DNA of 64,000 nucleotides from Kiritimatiellia bacterium (GCA_027858965.1 JAQIBS010000107.1:35617-99616); one strand, 5' to 3'; counted from the first letter of the stretch, positions 9,487-20,010 are shown. Notes: a model not told the origin generated them from the letters alone. Program-made: numbers and translations.

Positions 9487-10362
9487 ATGATGATAGATCT
9501 GCATATTCACTCTACATTCTCCGATGGATCTGATGCTCCGGCAGATATTGTTGCTGAGTGCAAGCGACTTGGCCTGAAGACAATCGCTCTGACTGATCAC
9601 GATAATATGGCGGGGGTGCCAGCTTTTATAGATGCCTGTCGGACTGAGGGTGTTAGCGGAATCTCAGGGGTAGAGATCAGTGCTGCTCTGGATGAGGAAT
9701 TTGCTGACCGCACATTGCATATTCTTGGATATGGTCTTGATCCGCTGAATGCTCAGGTTAAAGAGCTGCTGGGGCGTGTTCTGGATGGACGTGCTTGGCG
9801 TAATGAGCGGATCTTGGAAAAATTGGCTGATATCGGTGTTGCGCTTGAGTGGGATGCCGTTGAGGCTTGTGCTGGCGAAGATGTGATTGGCCGTCCGCAT
9901 ATTGCCCGAGCAATGATTGACCGTGAATATGTTTCCACGGTGCAGGAAGCTTTTGATCGTTATCTGGCAAAAGGGGCACCCGCTTATGTGGATCGCTATC
10001 GTCTTTATCCTGAAGAGGCTGTCAAAATGATTAAGGATGCGGGTGGTTTGACCTTTTGTGCTCATCCCTTTACCTGGATTGATGATACTCGTCTTGAACA
10101 GGAGTTGGCTCGTTTTAAAGAAATGGGCCTGGCTGGAGTTGAGGTTTATCACGCAGATCATGATAATGAACAGATTATTGCCCTCTTGAGGATTGCAAAA
10201 AAACTGGATCTGATGATCTCCGGCGGCTCGGACTTTCATGGAGCGAGCAAGCCGTTGATTAAGCTTGGACGAGGACGGGATAATCTGAATATTGATGATT
10301 CTTATGCAGATGCGCTGATGGCCGCTTTGGGCCCGGATAATCCATGGGTGTATAAAAACTAA
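9487..10362 (+). CDS. PHP-domain metal-dependent phosphoesterase (TrpH/YciV-like)
   Basis: MMIDLHIHSTFSDGS is a PHP motif I, with conserved His/Asp residues throughout. Confidence 0.8.
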   Translation: MMIDLHIHSTFSDGSDAPADIVAECKRLGLKTIALTDHDNMAGVPAFIDACRTEGVSGISGVEISAALDEEFADRTLHILGYGLDPLNAQVKELLGRVLDGRAWRNERILEKLADIGVALEWDAVEACAGEDVIGRPHIARAMIDREYVSTVQEAFDRYLAKGAPAYVDRYRLYPEEAVKMIKDAGGLTFCAHPFTWIDDTRLEQELARFKEMGLAGVEVYHADHDNEQIIALLRIAKKLDLMISGGSDFHGASKPLIKLGRGRDNLNIDDSYADALMAALGPDNPWVYKN

Positions 10363-10478
10363 AGCTGCTTTCAGCCGGAACCAAACTGAGCTCTTGTGAT
10401 GTGCATGCGCTATTACCTTTGTTTGTCTGCTTGTGTATTAAGCACCGCAGCTTTAGTCAACAACGCTACGCGTTGCAT
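10363..10478 (+). repeat. Conserved ~110-bp structured element (AAAGCTGCTTTC...CCGCAGCTTTAG stem plus a CAACGC-N3-GCGTTG hairpin); copies lie at 21283-21402 (plus strand) and 32650-32725 (minus strand, partial)
   Basis: Alignment of the regions downstream of the PHP and icd genes. The CAACGCGAAGCGTTG hairpin also occurs at 2322-2342 and 61447-61467. Confidence 0.7.
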
Positions 10479-10607
10479 AAAATATCAGAAAAAAAATATG
10501 CAAGGTATGATATTAAATGATTTATCCATATCTGACTCTGTGAACTCCGTGTCTCTGTGAGAGATAAGATGTGCATAATAAACAAGAAGTTGAGAGAATA
10601 GCAACTT

Positions 10608-11477
10608 ATGAAATTAACTGAAACTTTAACAGAGTTGATTCGCCGTACAACAAGCGATCTGCCAGCAGATATTAAACTTGCTTTGTCGTTGGCCGCTGAA
10701 AAGGAGAGTCCCGGCTCTCATGCCAAAATGATGCTTGATACTGTGATCCAGAATACGGAGTTGGCTCGGCAGGAGTCTACGCCTCTCTGTCAGGATACCG
10801 GAACACTGACTTTTTACTGGCGTGTTCCAGCGGGAACCGATACTGCGCCTCTGCAGCTGGCTGCCGAGGAGGCTGTGCGGCAGGCAACGGAGAATGGATG
10901 GCTACGCAAGAATACGATTGAGAGTGTTAGCGGAACTTCAATTGATATCAATGTTGCGCAGGGTACACCGGGTTGTTTTTTTAATCAGGAACAACGGAGT
11001 GATCTGGAGGTCCGCCTACTGCAAAAAGGCGGGGGCTGTGAGAACATGAGCTGTCAGTTTACGCTGCCCGACTCTGAGTTGGGTGCGGGACGCGACCTGA
11101 AAGGGGTACGCATCTGTTTGCTTAAAGCGGTTCATAATGCACAGGGATTTGGTTGCTCTCCCGGTGTGTTGGGGGTCTGCATTGGATCCGACAGAGCGGG
11201 CAGTTATAAGGTAGCCAAAGAACAGTTAATGCGCTCTTTGGATGACAGCTCATCAAAACCGGAGTTGGCCGCACTTGAGAATCAGGTCCTAGATGAGGCG
11301 AACCAACTGGGTATTGGGCCCATGGGTATGGGGGGTAAAACCACCTTGCTGGGGGTCAAAATTGGAGAGCGTGCACGCTTGCCTGCATCCTATTTTGTTA
11401 GTGTTGCCTATATGTGCTGGGCCTGCCGTCGCGGTGGAGTGCGAATCGCTATTGATCAGTCTGTGACTTGGCTGTAA
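10608..11477 (+). CDS. Class I fumarate hydratase / Fe-S hydro-lyase alpha subunit (tartrate/fumarate family)
   Basis: The CQDTGT motif, the length and the adjacent beta-subunit gene. Confidence 0.8.
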   Translation: MKLTETLTELIRRTTSDLPADIKLALSLAAEKESPGSHAKMMLDTVIQNTELARQESTPLCQDTGTLTFYWRVPAGTDTAPLQLAAEEAVRQATENGWLRKNTIESVSGTSIDINVAQGTPGCFFNQEQRSDLEVRLLQKGGGCENMSCQFTLPDSELGAGRDLKGVRICLLKAVHNAQGFGCSPGVLGVCIGSDRAGSYKVAKEQLMRSLDDSSSKPELAALENQVLDEANQLGIGPMGMGGKTTLLGVKIGERARLPASYFVSVAYMCWACRRGGVRIAIDQSVTWL

Positions 11478-11579
11478 CTGAAATCGTGAAACGACCACAG
11501 GTTCCCCTAGCTGCCTTGTATAGGGCTCATTTGGCCCATAAGGCTCATCGTTGCATGGTCCTCAGAGGAGAAAATTTGT

Positions 11580-12203
11580 ATGAAAACTTTGAAATATCCC
11601 TTTACGCTCCAATCAATTAAAGAACTGCATGCTGGCGATGGCGTCAGGCTCTCCGGAACGATTTATACCGGTCGCGATCGGTTGCATAAATTTATGGCGG
11701 AGGGCGGAGAGCTGCCTGTTGATCTGCACAATGCCGCATTGTTTCATTGCGGGCCGGTTGTGGTCAGGGAAGATCAGGGTTGGAGAGTGAAAGCCGCTGG
11801 GCCGACAACTTCGATCCGAGAGGAACCCTATATGGCAAAGGTGATTGCCAGTCATGGGGTCCGCGTGATCATCGGCAAAGGAGGCATGGGCCAGGCAACC
11901 CTTGATGCCTGTAAACGCTATGGCTGCATATATTTGCAGGCAACCGGCGGGGCTGCTGCTTTGCTGGCCCGTGGTATAAAAAAAGTGGATGATGTGTATT
12001 TTCTGGATGAGTTTGGCGCGACCGAGGCTATGTGGAAGTTGGAGGCGGACTCTCTTGACCTGGTGGTGGGTATGGATACGTATGGATGTAATCTGTATGC
12101 AGAGGTGCGCAGGTCCTCCTTTCAGAAGATGGAAGAAGTTCTAAAGTGCGAGAGTTATAAAAACAAGAAATTGAGAAATCAGCTAAATACGGGTAGCTGG
12201 TAG
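11580..12203 (+). CDS. Class I fumarate hydratase / Fe-S hydro-lyase beta subunit
   Basis: Similarity to the FumA C-terminal / TtdB domain (GTIYTGRDRLHKF...IGKGGMG). It pairs with the alpha-subunit gene. Confidence 0.8.
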   Translation: MKTLKYPFTLQSIKELHAGDGVRLSGTIYTGRDRLHKFMAEGGELPVDLHNAALFHCGPVVVREDQGWRVKAAGPTTSIREEPYMAKVIASHGVRVIIGKGGMGQATLDACKRYGCIYLQATGGAAALLARGIKKVDDVYFLDEFGATEAMWKLEADSLDLVVGMDTYGCNLYAEVRRSSFQKMEEVLKCESYKNKKLRNQLNTGSW

Positions 12204-12285
12204 TCTGTAGCTGGTAGCAAAAATGCAGAGCAAGCTACACGCTACAAGCCACAAGCTTCAAGCTGGGTTGCGGGCAGAGCCCGCT
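12204..12285. repeat. TAG-containing tandem repeat (GCTGGTAG/TCTGTAG units) overlapping the stop of the fumarase beta gene
   Basis: AGCTGGTAGTCTGTAGCTGGTAGC ... GCTACACGCTACAAGCCACAAGC. Confidence 0.6.
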
Positions 12286-12298
12286 TTAGGAGTTAGTT

Positions 12299-13279
12299 AT
12301 GAGAATAGTATTTATGGGGTCGCCCGATGCGGCGGCTGTCACATTGCGGGCGATTTTACGCACTCCTCCGCTCCAAGTAGTGGGGGTGGTTACGCAACCC
12401 GACAGACCTGCCGGTCGTAACCGGGTTTTAACCCCTTGTCCGTGCAAGGCTTATGCCGTGCAAAAGGGGTTGGCTCCGATTATCACGCCGGAAAAGGTCA
12501 ATGATCCCGCTGTGCTCTCTCAGATTGAGGCTCTGAAGCCGGATGTTATTGTTGTGGTGGCTTTTGGACAGCTCCTTTGTAAGCGGCTTCTGGATATGGC
12601 GCCGCATGGCTGTATTAACGGGCATTTCTCGCTTCTTCCCAAGTATCGGGGTGCGGCGCCGGTGCAATCCGCGATTACCTCCGGTGATGAGGTGTCGGGC
12701 GTGACCATTATGCAGTTGGATGAGGGCATGGACGATGGCGACATGCTTCTTAAGGCCATTGAACCTATCTGCTCCGATGATACCGGTGAGAGCTATATGG
12801 AGCGCCTGGCAATTCTCGGCGCGGTGACCATGGTTAAGGCGTTGCGGCTGATGATTAAGGGCAAACTTCCTGCAACGCCCCAAAATCATGAGGAAGCCAC
12901 ATTTTCACCCAAGATAAAAAAGAACGATGGTTTGATCAACTGGTACGATTCGGCGGCTGTTATTGAACGAAAAAGCAGGGCTTTTTATCCATGGCCTGGT
13001 ATGTATACATTTCTTCCCGAACATGTCATTAAACATCACTCCATCGGACGCTTGAAAGTGATCTCTGCCGAGGTTGAACCCAAGTGCGATCACTGCCCGC
13101 TCTCTCTGCGGCCTGGAGCCATTTGCACCGTTAAAACCAGTGGTGCCGTGGTTAAAACCGGAGATGGCTGCTTGAACCTGCTGATTGTTCAGCCTGATGG
13201 AAGCCGCCGTATGGATGGAGGAGCATTTTTGAATGGACATCAGCTCAAATCCGGTGATTGCCTGCGCTCTGAAATTTAG
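12299..13279 (+). CDS. fmt: Methionyl-tRNA formyltransferase
   Basis: MRIVFMGSPD N-terminus and the HGCINGHFSLLPKYRGAAPVQ formyltransferase core. Confidence 0.9.
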   Translation: MRIVFMGSPDAAAVTLRAILRTPPLQVVGVVTQPDRPAGRNRVLTPCPCKAYAVQKGLAPIITPEKVNDPAVLSQIEALKPDVIVVVAFGQLLCKRLLDMAPHGCINGHFSLLPKYRGAAPVQSAITSGDEVSGVTIMQLDEGMDDGDMLLKAIEPICSDDTGESYMERLAILGAVTMVKALRLMIKGKLPATPQNHEEATFSPKIKKNDGLINWYDSAAVIERKSRAFYPWPGMYTFLPEHVIKHHSIGRLKVISAEVEPKCDHCPLSLRPGAICTVKTSGAVVKTGDGCLNLLIVQPDGSRRMDGGAFLNGHQLKSGDCLRSEI

Positions 13280-13302
13280 TTAAAAATAATTATTTACGGC
13301 AC

Positions 13303-13331
13303 TTGACCTTTATCAGATTCAGTGGCACAAT
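13303..13331 (+). promoter_or_regulatory. Possible sigma70-type promoter for the pseudopilin gene (TTGACC, 17 bp, CACAAT)
   Basis: Hexamers read directly from the sequence; the -10 is weak. An AAGGAG Shine-Dalgarno lies 7 nt before the ATG at 13386. Confidence 0.25.
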
Positions 13332-13385
13332 ATAAACAATGAAAAAAGAAACCCTCTACAAGTGACGGGTAAGGAGATAATTAAT

Positions 13386-14144
13386 ATGACAGTTTCTGAA
13401 AAACAAGGTTTTACTCTGGTTGAATTGCTGGTTGTTATTGGTATTATTGGTATTCTTTCAGCAGCGCTATTCCCCGCGATTTCAAATGCGGTGATGCAGG
13501 CTAATATGACGGCCGTCGGCACACGCGGACGTGATATATATGTTGCAATTACAGGTGCTAACACAGAACGGGAACCTCTTGGACTGGGTAATGTATGGCC
13601 GCAGACCGCCCCCGACGCAGTCAATAGCGAAGGTGATTTGGATATTGGAGATACGCCATATGACAATAGTTGTGATTATTTTTATGATTTGAATGATGGT
13701 GAAAATCTGGGTACTGTTGACTGGAGTCCTTATATTGCCGGTTTTGATTTTTCTAAACTGGCGGGTGCTGGTGTTCCTGCTCACGCTGGCAAAGGACAGT
13801 TGTTGCCAGCTAATAATATGTGGACAATTGCCGGTAATGTGCGTGATGAGATGGAGGATATCATTCCAATTCTCGTCACACGTAATCTTCCAGGAGCTTC
13901 GCTTTATGCAGATATTGAGGATGTGCCAAGCAGTGAAAGAATAATACTCGGCGAGACTTATGCAGCACCTTTCTCCAATAAAGGTGCGGTTATTATTCGT
14001 AAGGGCGGCGGAATGTTTAAGATCCGTGCCAAATATGCAACACCTCTGATTATTTACAATCGTCAGTCTTTCATGACAACGATTGGTACAGATAACGATC
14101 CTTTGACTTATCTTAGCCCTGATGGAAAAGAAGAGGCTCAATAA
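13386..14144 (+). CDS. Prepilin-type N-terminal cleavage/methylation-domain protein (type II secretion pseudopilin-like)
   Basis: GFTLVELLVVIGIIGILSAALFPA is the class III signal/methylation motif. The start was set at the ATG at 13386, which has a strong Shine-Dalgarno. Confidence 0.8.
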   Translation: MTVSEKQGFTLVELLVVIGIIGILSAALFPAISNAVMQANMTAVGTRGRDIYVAITGANTEREPLGLGNVWPQTAPDAVNSEGDLDIGDTPYDNSCDYFYDLNDGENLGTVDWSPYIAGFDFSKLAGAGVPAHAGKGQLLPANNMWTIAGNVRDEMEDIIPILVTRNLPGASLYADIEDVPSSERIILGETYAAPFSNKGAVIIRKGGGMFKIRAKYATPLIIYNRQSFMTTIGTDNDPLTYLSPDGKEEAQ

Positions 14145-14173
14145 GTAGGTTTGATGGTTTTTATTTTGAAACA

Positions 14174-14207
14174 GGGGGGGCAGCTTGCTGCTCCCTTATT
14201 TTATTTC
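14174..14207 (+). terminator. Rho-independent terminator
   Basis: GGGGGCAGC-TTG-CTGCTCCC hairpin of 8 bp with one G-U pair, followed by TTATTTTATTTC. Confidence 0.6.
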
Positions 14208-14362
14208 AGGTTTCCCCTTTTTACGAACTCCGCGATCCGGTGTGAGGCAGGTCAGCCGGTTTCGCTGTAGCTTCGCCTTGTAGGACTAAGGAGGATGACC
14301 ACGCCTGGAGCGACATATCCTGCTGTAGTCTTGGCGTAGGAGGAAGCGGCTCTCCTTGGATA

Positions 14363-16654
14363 TTGGATATTTCTTGTTGGCTGTTGGGTGTTGAATTTTT
14401 CATGATTATACGTGTTGCCACAGAGGTTGTTCTTGATAAGCTGTATGACTATGCAGTGCCGGTAGCGCTTGTCCCTAAAATCAAACCGGGGCTGCGGGTC
14501 AGGGTCCCGTTAGGTAGTCGGGTTGTTGATGCTTATGTGGTCGAAGTTCTGGAGGGGGGCGGTTCGGATGAGAGCGAGCTCCCTCTCTTTTCAGGCAAGC
14601 CTGCGGAACAAAGCACGGGCAGACAGTATAAACTGCGTTACATCAATGCTATCTCAGATGAGATACCTTTTGTTTCAGAGAATCTGCTTAAGCTGGTTCA
14701 ATGGATGGCGGATTATTACTGCGCCCCATTCGAACAGAGTTTGCGCTGCATCCTGCCCGCCGCAGTGCGCTCTAAATCCATGCGCTCTAAAGAGCAGATC
14801 TATGTTGAGATACAACAAGGAGATTTCAAGCTTACCAAACGACAGAGCGAGCTATTTACAGAGATTAAGCGGGTAGGCGGAGGTTGGCTGAGTTTTCTGA
14901 CCCGTGAATTCTCATGCGCTCCCGGGACAATTCGTAATCTGGAAAAGAGCGGAGCTGTTAAGATCGAACTCCGTCAGGTTTGGCGCGACCCTTTGGCTAA
15001 CCGCAAGGTGCTTCCAACCCGGCCGATGGAACTCATGCCCGAACAAAGCGCGGCATTGAAAAGTATCTCTGCGTTAATCGATCAGTCGGCCAATGGGGAA
15101 AAGACCGCTCCGATTCTGTTGCATGGTGTGACCGGTTCAGGTAAGACAGAGGTCTACCTACAGGCCATTGCCAAAGTGCTTGAGCAGGGGCGCGGTGCGA
15201 TAGTGCTGGTTCCTGAAATTGCGCTGACCCCCCAGACAGTACAGCGTTTTGCCGCCCGTTTCGGTAAGAGGATTGCCGTTCTTCACAGCGCCCTCAGCGA
15301 AGGTGAGCGCTTTGATGAGTGGCACCGAATTCGCAGCGGCAAAGCTGATGTTGTGATTGGCCCGCGATCCGCTCTGTTTGCCCCTGTCAGGAATCCGGGT
15401 CTGATTGTGGTGGATGAGGAGCATGAACCAAGCTACAAACAGGATGAAACTCCTCGTTATCACGCCCGGGATGTGGCTGTTGTGCGTGGCGTCATGGAGG
15501 GATGTGTTGTCGTGCTCGGTACTGCAACACCCTCTATGGAGAGCTGGAATAATGTCCAGAGCGGCAAGTATAATCATGTGGCTTTGACTAAACGGGTCTC
15601 AGATCGGCCTATGCCGGATGTCTATATTGTGGATATGCGTATTGAGGCTGCCAGTGCGCGGCATGCCCAGATCTTTTCAGCCCCTTTGATGGAGGCCATT
15701 AAATTACGTCTGGAACGCGGGGAACAGACTATCCTCTTTTTGAACAGGCGAGGATTCTCCAACTCTTTGCAGTGTCCTGAGTGCGGTCATGTGGCTGAGT
15801 GCCAGGAGTGCAATGTGGCCTATACTTATCATCAATCTGATTCCTGTCTGCGCTGTCATATCTGCGGCGGTTGGAAACATGTTCCTGCCACCTGTTCTGA
15901 ATGCGGTGAGCCTGTTCTCAAATATGCAGGCTATGGTACTCAGCGAGTAGAGACCGCGCTCAGAAAATGTTTTTCTCAGGCCCGGGTTTTGCGAATGGAT
16001 GCCGATGTAACCACTCGTAAAAGCAGTCACGATGAACTGCTGACTATATTCAGAACCAAGCAGGCTGATATTTTAATTGGAACCCAGATGATAGCCAAGG
16101 GACTTGATTTTCCCAATGTGACCCTGGTCGGAGTCCTGAATGCGGATATCAGTTTGCATATGCCCGATATTCGTGCCAGTGAGCGGACCTGGCAGCTGCT
16201 GGCGCAGGTTTCTGGACGGGCCGGACGGGCCGATCTGCCGGGTGAAGTATTTATTCAGACTTACTCTCCTGAGCATCCCTCTATACGTGTGGCCGGTGGC
16301 TTCGAAAGTTTTGAGACTCTGGCTGAGAGAGAGTTGAAAGAGCGCCGTGAATGGTGTTATCCTCCCTTTACTCATTTGGTATGCCTGATATTTAGAGGTA
16401 AGTCGGAGCAGAAGACCGCTCTGGCTGCAAAGTGTTATGCTGATGCCTTGAAAAAGGGCTCTCCATCTGTGATTGTCTCTGATGCGGCTCCGGCTCCTCT
16501 GCCAAAAGCACGCGGTTTTTACCGTTATCAGATCTTGATGCGCTCTCCCTCAACTATGAAAATGGTTAAAATACTAAGGGCGCTTATGGCCTGTCAAAGC
16601 CCAGGGGAAGCTGTTAGAATGAGTATTGATGTGGATGCCGTGAATATGATGTGA
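14363..16654 (+). CDS. priA: Primosomal protein N' (replication restart helicase)
   Basis: Walker A GVTGSGKT, DEEH box, Cys-rich zinc-binding region (CPECGH...CQEC...CHICG) and helicase C motifs. The true start may be the internal ATG near 14402. Confidence 0.9.
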   Translation: MDISCWLLGVEFFMIIRVATEVVLDKLYDYAVPVALVPKIKPGLRVRVPLGSRVVDAYVVEVLEGGGSDESELPLFSGKPAEQSTGRQYKLRYINAISDEIPFVSENLLKLVQWMADYYCAPFEQSLRCILPAAVRSKSMRSKEQIYVEIQQGDFKLTKRQSELFTEIKRVGGGWLSFLTREFSCAPGTIRNLEKSGAVKIELRQVWRDPLANRKVLPTRPMELMPEQSAALKSISALIDQSANGEKTAPILLHGVTGSGKTEVYLQAIAKVLEQGRGAIVLVPEIALTPQTVQRFAARFGKRIAVLHSALSEGERFDEWHRIRSGKADVVIGPRSALFAPVRNPGLIVVDEEHEPSYKQDETPRYHARDVAVVRGVMEGCVVVLGTATPSMESWNNVQSGKYNHVALTKRVSDRPMPDVYIVDMRIEAASARHAQIFSAPLMEAIKLRLERGEQTILFLNRRGFSNSLQCPECGHVAECQECNVAYTYHQSDSCLRCHICGGWKHVPATCSECGEPVLKYAGYGTQRVETALRKCFSQARVLRMDADVTTRKSSHDELLTIFRTKQADILIGTQMIAKGLDFPNVTLVGVLNADISLHMPDIRASERTWQLLAQVSGRAGRADLPGEVFIQTYSPEHPSIRVAGGFESFETLAERELKERREWCYPPFTHLVCLIFRGKSEQKTALAAKCYADALKKGSPSVIVSDAAPAPLPKARGFYRYQILMRSPSTMKMVKILRALMACQSPGEAVRMSIDVDAVNMM

Positions 16655-16657
16655 AGA

Positions 16658-16728
16658 AGTGCGCGAGTGCGAGAGTTCTAAAGTGCGAGAGTTCTAAAGT
16701 GCGAGAGAGCTAAAGTGTAATTTTTAAA
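16658..16728 (+). repeat. Three tandem units of AGTGCGAGAGTTCTAA (the GTTCTAAAGTG family); related copies lie at 25562-25600 (minus strand), 21448-21480 and 61418-61450
   Basis: Shared core CGAGAGTTCTAAAGTG found at two loci, with degenerate copies at two more. Confidence 0.7.
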
Positions 16729-16807
16729 CATTGGGCCCATATGGCTCATACGGCCCACAGCGCAGCCTGTCGCCGCAGGCGACTCTCTTCATACGGCCCA
16801 TAATAAA

Positions 16808-17125
16808 ATGAGTACGATTTACGATAGAATGCAGAACCACCCGGAGATCACGCCTTTTCGTCAACGGGTGTTTGATGCTCTGCTGGAGGTGCCATGTGGT
16901 TATGTGACCACCTACGGTGCACTGGCCCGACGGATTAACTGCGGATCGGCTCGGGCGGTTGGCGGAGCTCTGCGCCATAATCCCCTGGCTCCTGAGGTGC
17001 CTTGCCATCGTGTGGTTGCCTCGGATCTGACCATTGGCTTCATGTTTTGCCTGACGCAACATATGCAAAGGGGTTCGCTTCGTAATGAACACTGTCAACT
17101 GTCAACTGTAGACTGTAGACTGTAG
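16808..17125 (+). CDS. Methylated-DNA-protein-cysteine methyltransferase family protein (DNA-binding/active-site domain only)
   Basis: The VPCHRVV active-site motif. The last ~9 codons and the stop are encoded by a CTGTAGA-type tandem repeat. Confidence 0.7.
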   Translation: MSTIYDRMQNHPEITPFRQRVFDALLEVPCGYVTTYGALARRINCGSARAVGGALRHNPLAPEVPCHRVVASDLTIGFMFCLTQHMQRGSLRNEHCQLSTVDCRL

Positions 17126-17135
17126 ACTGTAAATA
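17087..17135 (+). repeat. Tandem CTGTCAA/CTGTAGA heptamer repeats encoding the C-terminus and stop of the MGMT-family ORF
   Basis: CTGTCAACTGTCAACTGTAGACTGTAGACTGTAGACTGTAAATAGG. Confidence 0.8.
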
Positions 17136-17144
17136 GGAGATAAG

Positions 17145-19013
17145 ATGAAAATTAGAAGATATTTATTATGTGTTTGTTTCGCTGCTGTTGCGTTTGTAAT
17201 GCAAAGTATAGGTGCGGCCGATCTTGAAGTTTCCATTATGCCGGATGAGCTGTGCTCTCTTAAAGTTCCCTTGACTTTGGGTTTTCAACTGGGAATACCG
17301 GCGCGGGATAACTCTTCATTTTATGCAGAGTGTTTCTCAGCCAATGCCTTGCAGCACGAGATTCAGAAATTAAATGAGAGGATTGAAATCGGACTTCTGG
17401 TTAAACAGAAGATCGATCCTCAATCGGGAGAGATAACCGTTATTCTTAATAACACCTCAGCTGAGCAGAAGGGTTTGACGCTACGTAGCGGTCATCTTTT
17501 AAAAGGCAAAATTTATGTTGCCCGCGCTTTTGGAAGCAAAATCCGGGGGAAGCGGATTATTAATCTGCGTTTGCAGAGAGAAGGTAGTGCGCGTCCACCT
17601 ATGGTTGTTGAGGAGAAGCTTTCGCGTTGGAGTAAAGGCAGTGCACTCGAATGGGAGTTTATCCCGGAAGAGGATGGAGTTTATCTCTGTTCTTTTTTGA
17701 TACAACCAGATAGCGAAGTTTCGATTCGCGGGTTTTCGCTGCTGCCTGAGGACTCTCTTTCAATCTGGCGGGGCGCGAGCATTAATGTTCTGCAGAGCAC
17801 CGGTGCCGGTTTTTTCAGATGGCCGGTTGTGAGTGGTATGGATTTTTACAACTGGTATGATGGCGTCGGCGATCTCTCCAGACGTTTCGCTGTGCAACCG
17901 GAGAAAACCGGTCTGACGCATCACGATTTTGGTACAGCTGAGTATGTTGACTTCTGTCGTACAGTAGGGGTTGAACCCTTGATATGCGTGCCGCTCTATA
18001 CCTCCGGTTGCACGGATACACGCATTGCCGACTTGAATGCCGCTGCGCAACTGGCCGCTGACTGGGTGGCCTATTGCAATGCTGATGACCCGCACCCTCT
18101 GGCTTTATTGCGCAAGCGTAATGGCCTGGGCGATCCACTGCGAGTTAAGCACTGGGAATTGGTGGTTCCCGAAGCTGGAGCTCTTATATCTCCTCTTATA
18201 CTGGCGGATAACTGTCAGCGCACTATTCAGGTCATGAAGGAGGAGGATGCCGATATTCTGGTGGGAGCAACGCTTAAAGGTATCCAAATTAAAACATTGG
18301 ATACTCTGTTGCAACGCGCCGGTAAGCAGCTCGACTTTGTTACCTGCTATGCCCCCGGAGCGTATGAGCGCATAAAAATCTATAATCAGAAAAATGATAC
18401 TCATATTATGTTTGCCAATACTTTGCTGCAGGGCGATAAAAATCTAAGTGCAATGCGGATTGCCAAAGAGTTGGCTGCAGCGCGGGGGGTGCCTGTTGAA
18501 TATTATATTAACTGGTATCGTTCGCTGGGGATTGCCGGATCTGCATCCAGCCGCCTGGCTCTCTGTTATGATGGTCCGGTTTGTCTGCCCTATTATGCTG
18601 AGCAGGTGCTCGGTCTTAATCATGGTTTAACCCGACTCTCAACCGATATCGGATTGATAAGCGCTATGATCGGTCGCTTCCCCGCAGTTACCTCTCTGAA
18701 AGTTGATGCCGCTTCAGGAAAAGATGCGGATGCCTTATCAGTTACCGCGGCCTGGACTGAGGACGGATCTGTGCTGGTTGTGTTTGTCTATAATCCCACT
18801 CCGCAGGATCAGCTGCTCAAACTTAATCTAAGTCAGTTGAAAAAGCCGTTTGCCTTCTGGATTATGGATCAGCTGGGAGCTGAACTTACGGCTGCTCCTA
18901 AGAATACAACTCTTCCCGTTAGCCGTCGTCAGAAAGCCGGTTCAGCCTTAAAACAGGTGGTTGAATGCTGGATTGGACCTGCCTCTTTCACTCGCATCCT
19001 GGTCAAAGAGTAA
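17145..19013 (+). CDS. Secreted glycoside-hydrolase-like protein, family unassigned
   Basis: N-terminal signal peptide and its size. No diagnostic catalytic motif could be assigned by eye. Confidence 0.35.
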   Translation: MKIRRYLLCVCFAAVAFVMQSIGAADLEVSIMPDELCSLKVPLTLGFQLGIPARDNSSFYAECFSANALQHEIQKLNERIEIGLLVKQKIDPQSGEITVILNNTSAEQKGLTLRSGHLLKGKIYVARAFGSKIRGKRIINLRLQREGSARPPMVVEEKLSRWSKGSALEWEFIPEEDGVYLCSFLIQPDSEVSIRGFSLLPEDSLSIWRGASINVLQSTGAGFFRWPVVSGMDFYNWYDGVGDLSRRFAVQPEKTGLTHHDFGTAEYVDFCRTVGVEPLICVPLYTSGCTDTRIADLNAAAQLAADWVAYCNADDPHPLALLRKRNGLGDPLRVKHWELVVPEAGALISPLILADNCQRTIQVMKEEDADILVGATLKGIQIKTLDTLLQRAGKQLDFVTCYAPGAYERIKIYNQKNDTHIMFANTLLQGDKNLSAMRIAKELAAARGVPVEYYINWYRSLGIAGSASSRLALCYDGPVCLPYYAEQVLGLNHGLTRLSTDIGLISAMIGRFPAVTSLKVDAASGKDADALSVTAAWTEDGSVLVVFVYNPTPQDQLLKLNLSQLKKPFAFWIMDQLGAELTAAPKNTTLPVSRRQKAGSALKQVVECWIGPASFTRILVKE

Positions 19014-19075
19014 TTCGGCGCACCGAATTACGTAATTCCGCTTCCGGCTTCGAGCTTCGCTTTTACGCCGTGACA
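19011..19075 (+). repeat. Conserved 3' element beginning at the stop codon: TAATTCGGCGCACCGAATT hairpin followed by ATTCCGCTTC...; a second copy lies at 60887-60950 after purM
   Basis: Both elements start exactly at a TAA stop codon. Confidence 0.65.
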
Positions 19076-19343
19076 AGTCGCGGAATAGAGCAGTGAAGGG
19101 CCGATTTATAAGCAGGCTGCGCCTGAGTTGGTTGCGGGAGATAAAGGTGGATGATTACATCGGGCTTCGAGTTCAAAAGCTGAGTCCATCAGGTATTTGA
19201 ATATGCCTGCTTGTGTTTCTTTCGTTCAAAACACGCAGTGTTTTCTCCTGATTCAGCGATGTTGGATTCAGGTATGTTGTTGGAATAAAGAATTTGGAAA
19301 ATATCAAGGATCTTGATTTAGATGAAGGGAAAGCTGAATCAGT

Positions 19344-19826
19344 ATGAAAGCATTGATACAAAGAGTGAGTGAGGCTTCGGTTGAGGTTGATGGAAAGGTC
19401 GTTGCGCAGATAGAGCAGGGGCTCTTGATCCTGTTGGGGGTCACCCTCTCTGATGGATCGGCTGAGGTGGATCGGCTGGTTCGTAAAATCCCCGCACTGC
19501 GAATCTTTGAAGATGCCGGTGGCAATATGAACTGTTCGGTAGAGGATATCGGCGGCAGCGTGATTATTGTTTCGCAGTTTACTCTTTATGCGAGCACAAA
19601 GAAGGGCAACCGTCCGGGTTTTTCAAATGCCGCTCCACCGGAGCAGGCTGAGCCTCTCTACGAAGAGCTGGTGGCAAAGCTCCGCTCAGTGATGGGCGTA
19701 AATCGGGTTGGCACCGGCATCTTTGGAGCACACATGAAGGTGCGCCTCTTGAATGATGGCCCGGTGACGATTGAGTTGTTGTCTAAAGCTGTGGCGTTTA
19801 AGGATTCGAGTAAGTTGGTCGGTTAA
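19344..19826 (+). CDS. dtd: D-aminoacyl-tRNA deacylase
   Basis: MKALIQRVSEASVEV...GLLILLGV and the SQFTLYA motif. Confidence 0.9.
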   Translation: MKALIQRVSEASVEVDGKVVAQIEQGLLILLGVTLSDGSAEVDRLVRKIPALRIFEDAGGNMNCSVEDIGGSVIIVSQFTLYASTKKGNRPGFSNAAPPEQAEPLYEELVAKLRSVMGVNRVGTGIFGAHMKVRLLNDGPVTIELLSKAVAFKDSSKLVG

Positions 19827-20010
19827 GTGTATCCGATTCTCTCAACTCTTGTCGCGGAAAACAAGAAGCTTAGGCAGCCCTACACAAAATTGCTTCTGAG
19901 AAGCAATCCTACATTCCAAAACTTTTCTTCCATTGAATCACGTTGCAATTGCATTAAGTGGTCTTCTTTTCTATACTTTTATATCTTATAGATAACTAGG
20001 AGAATTTAAA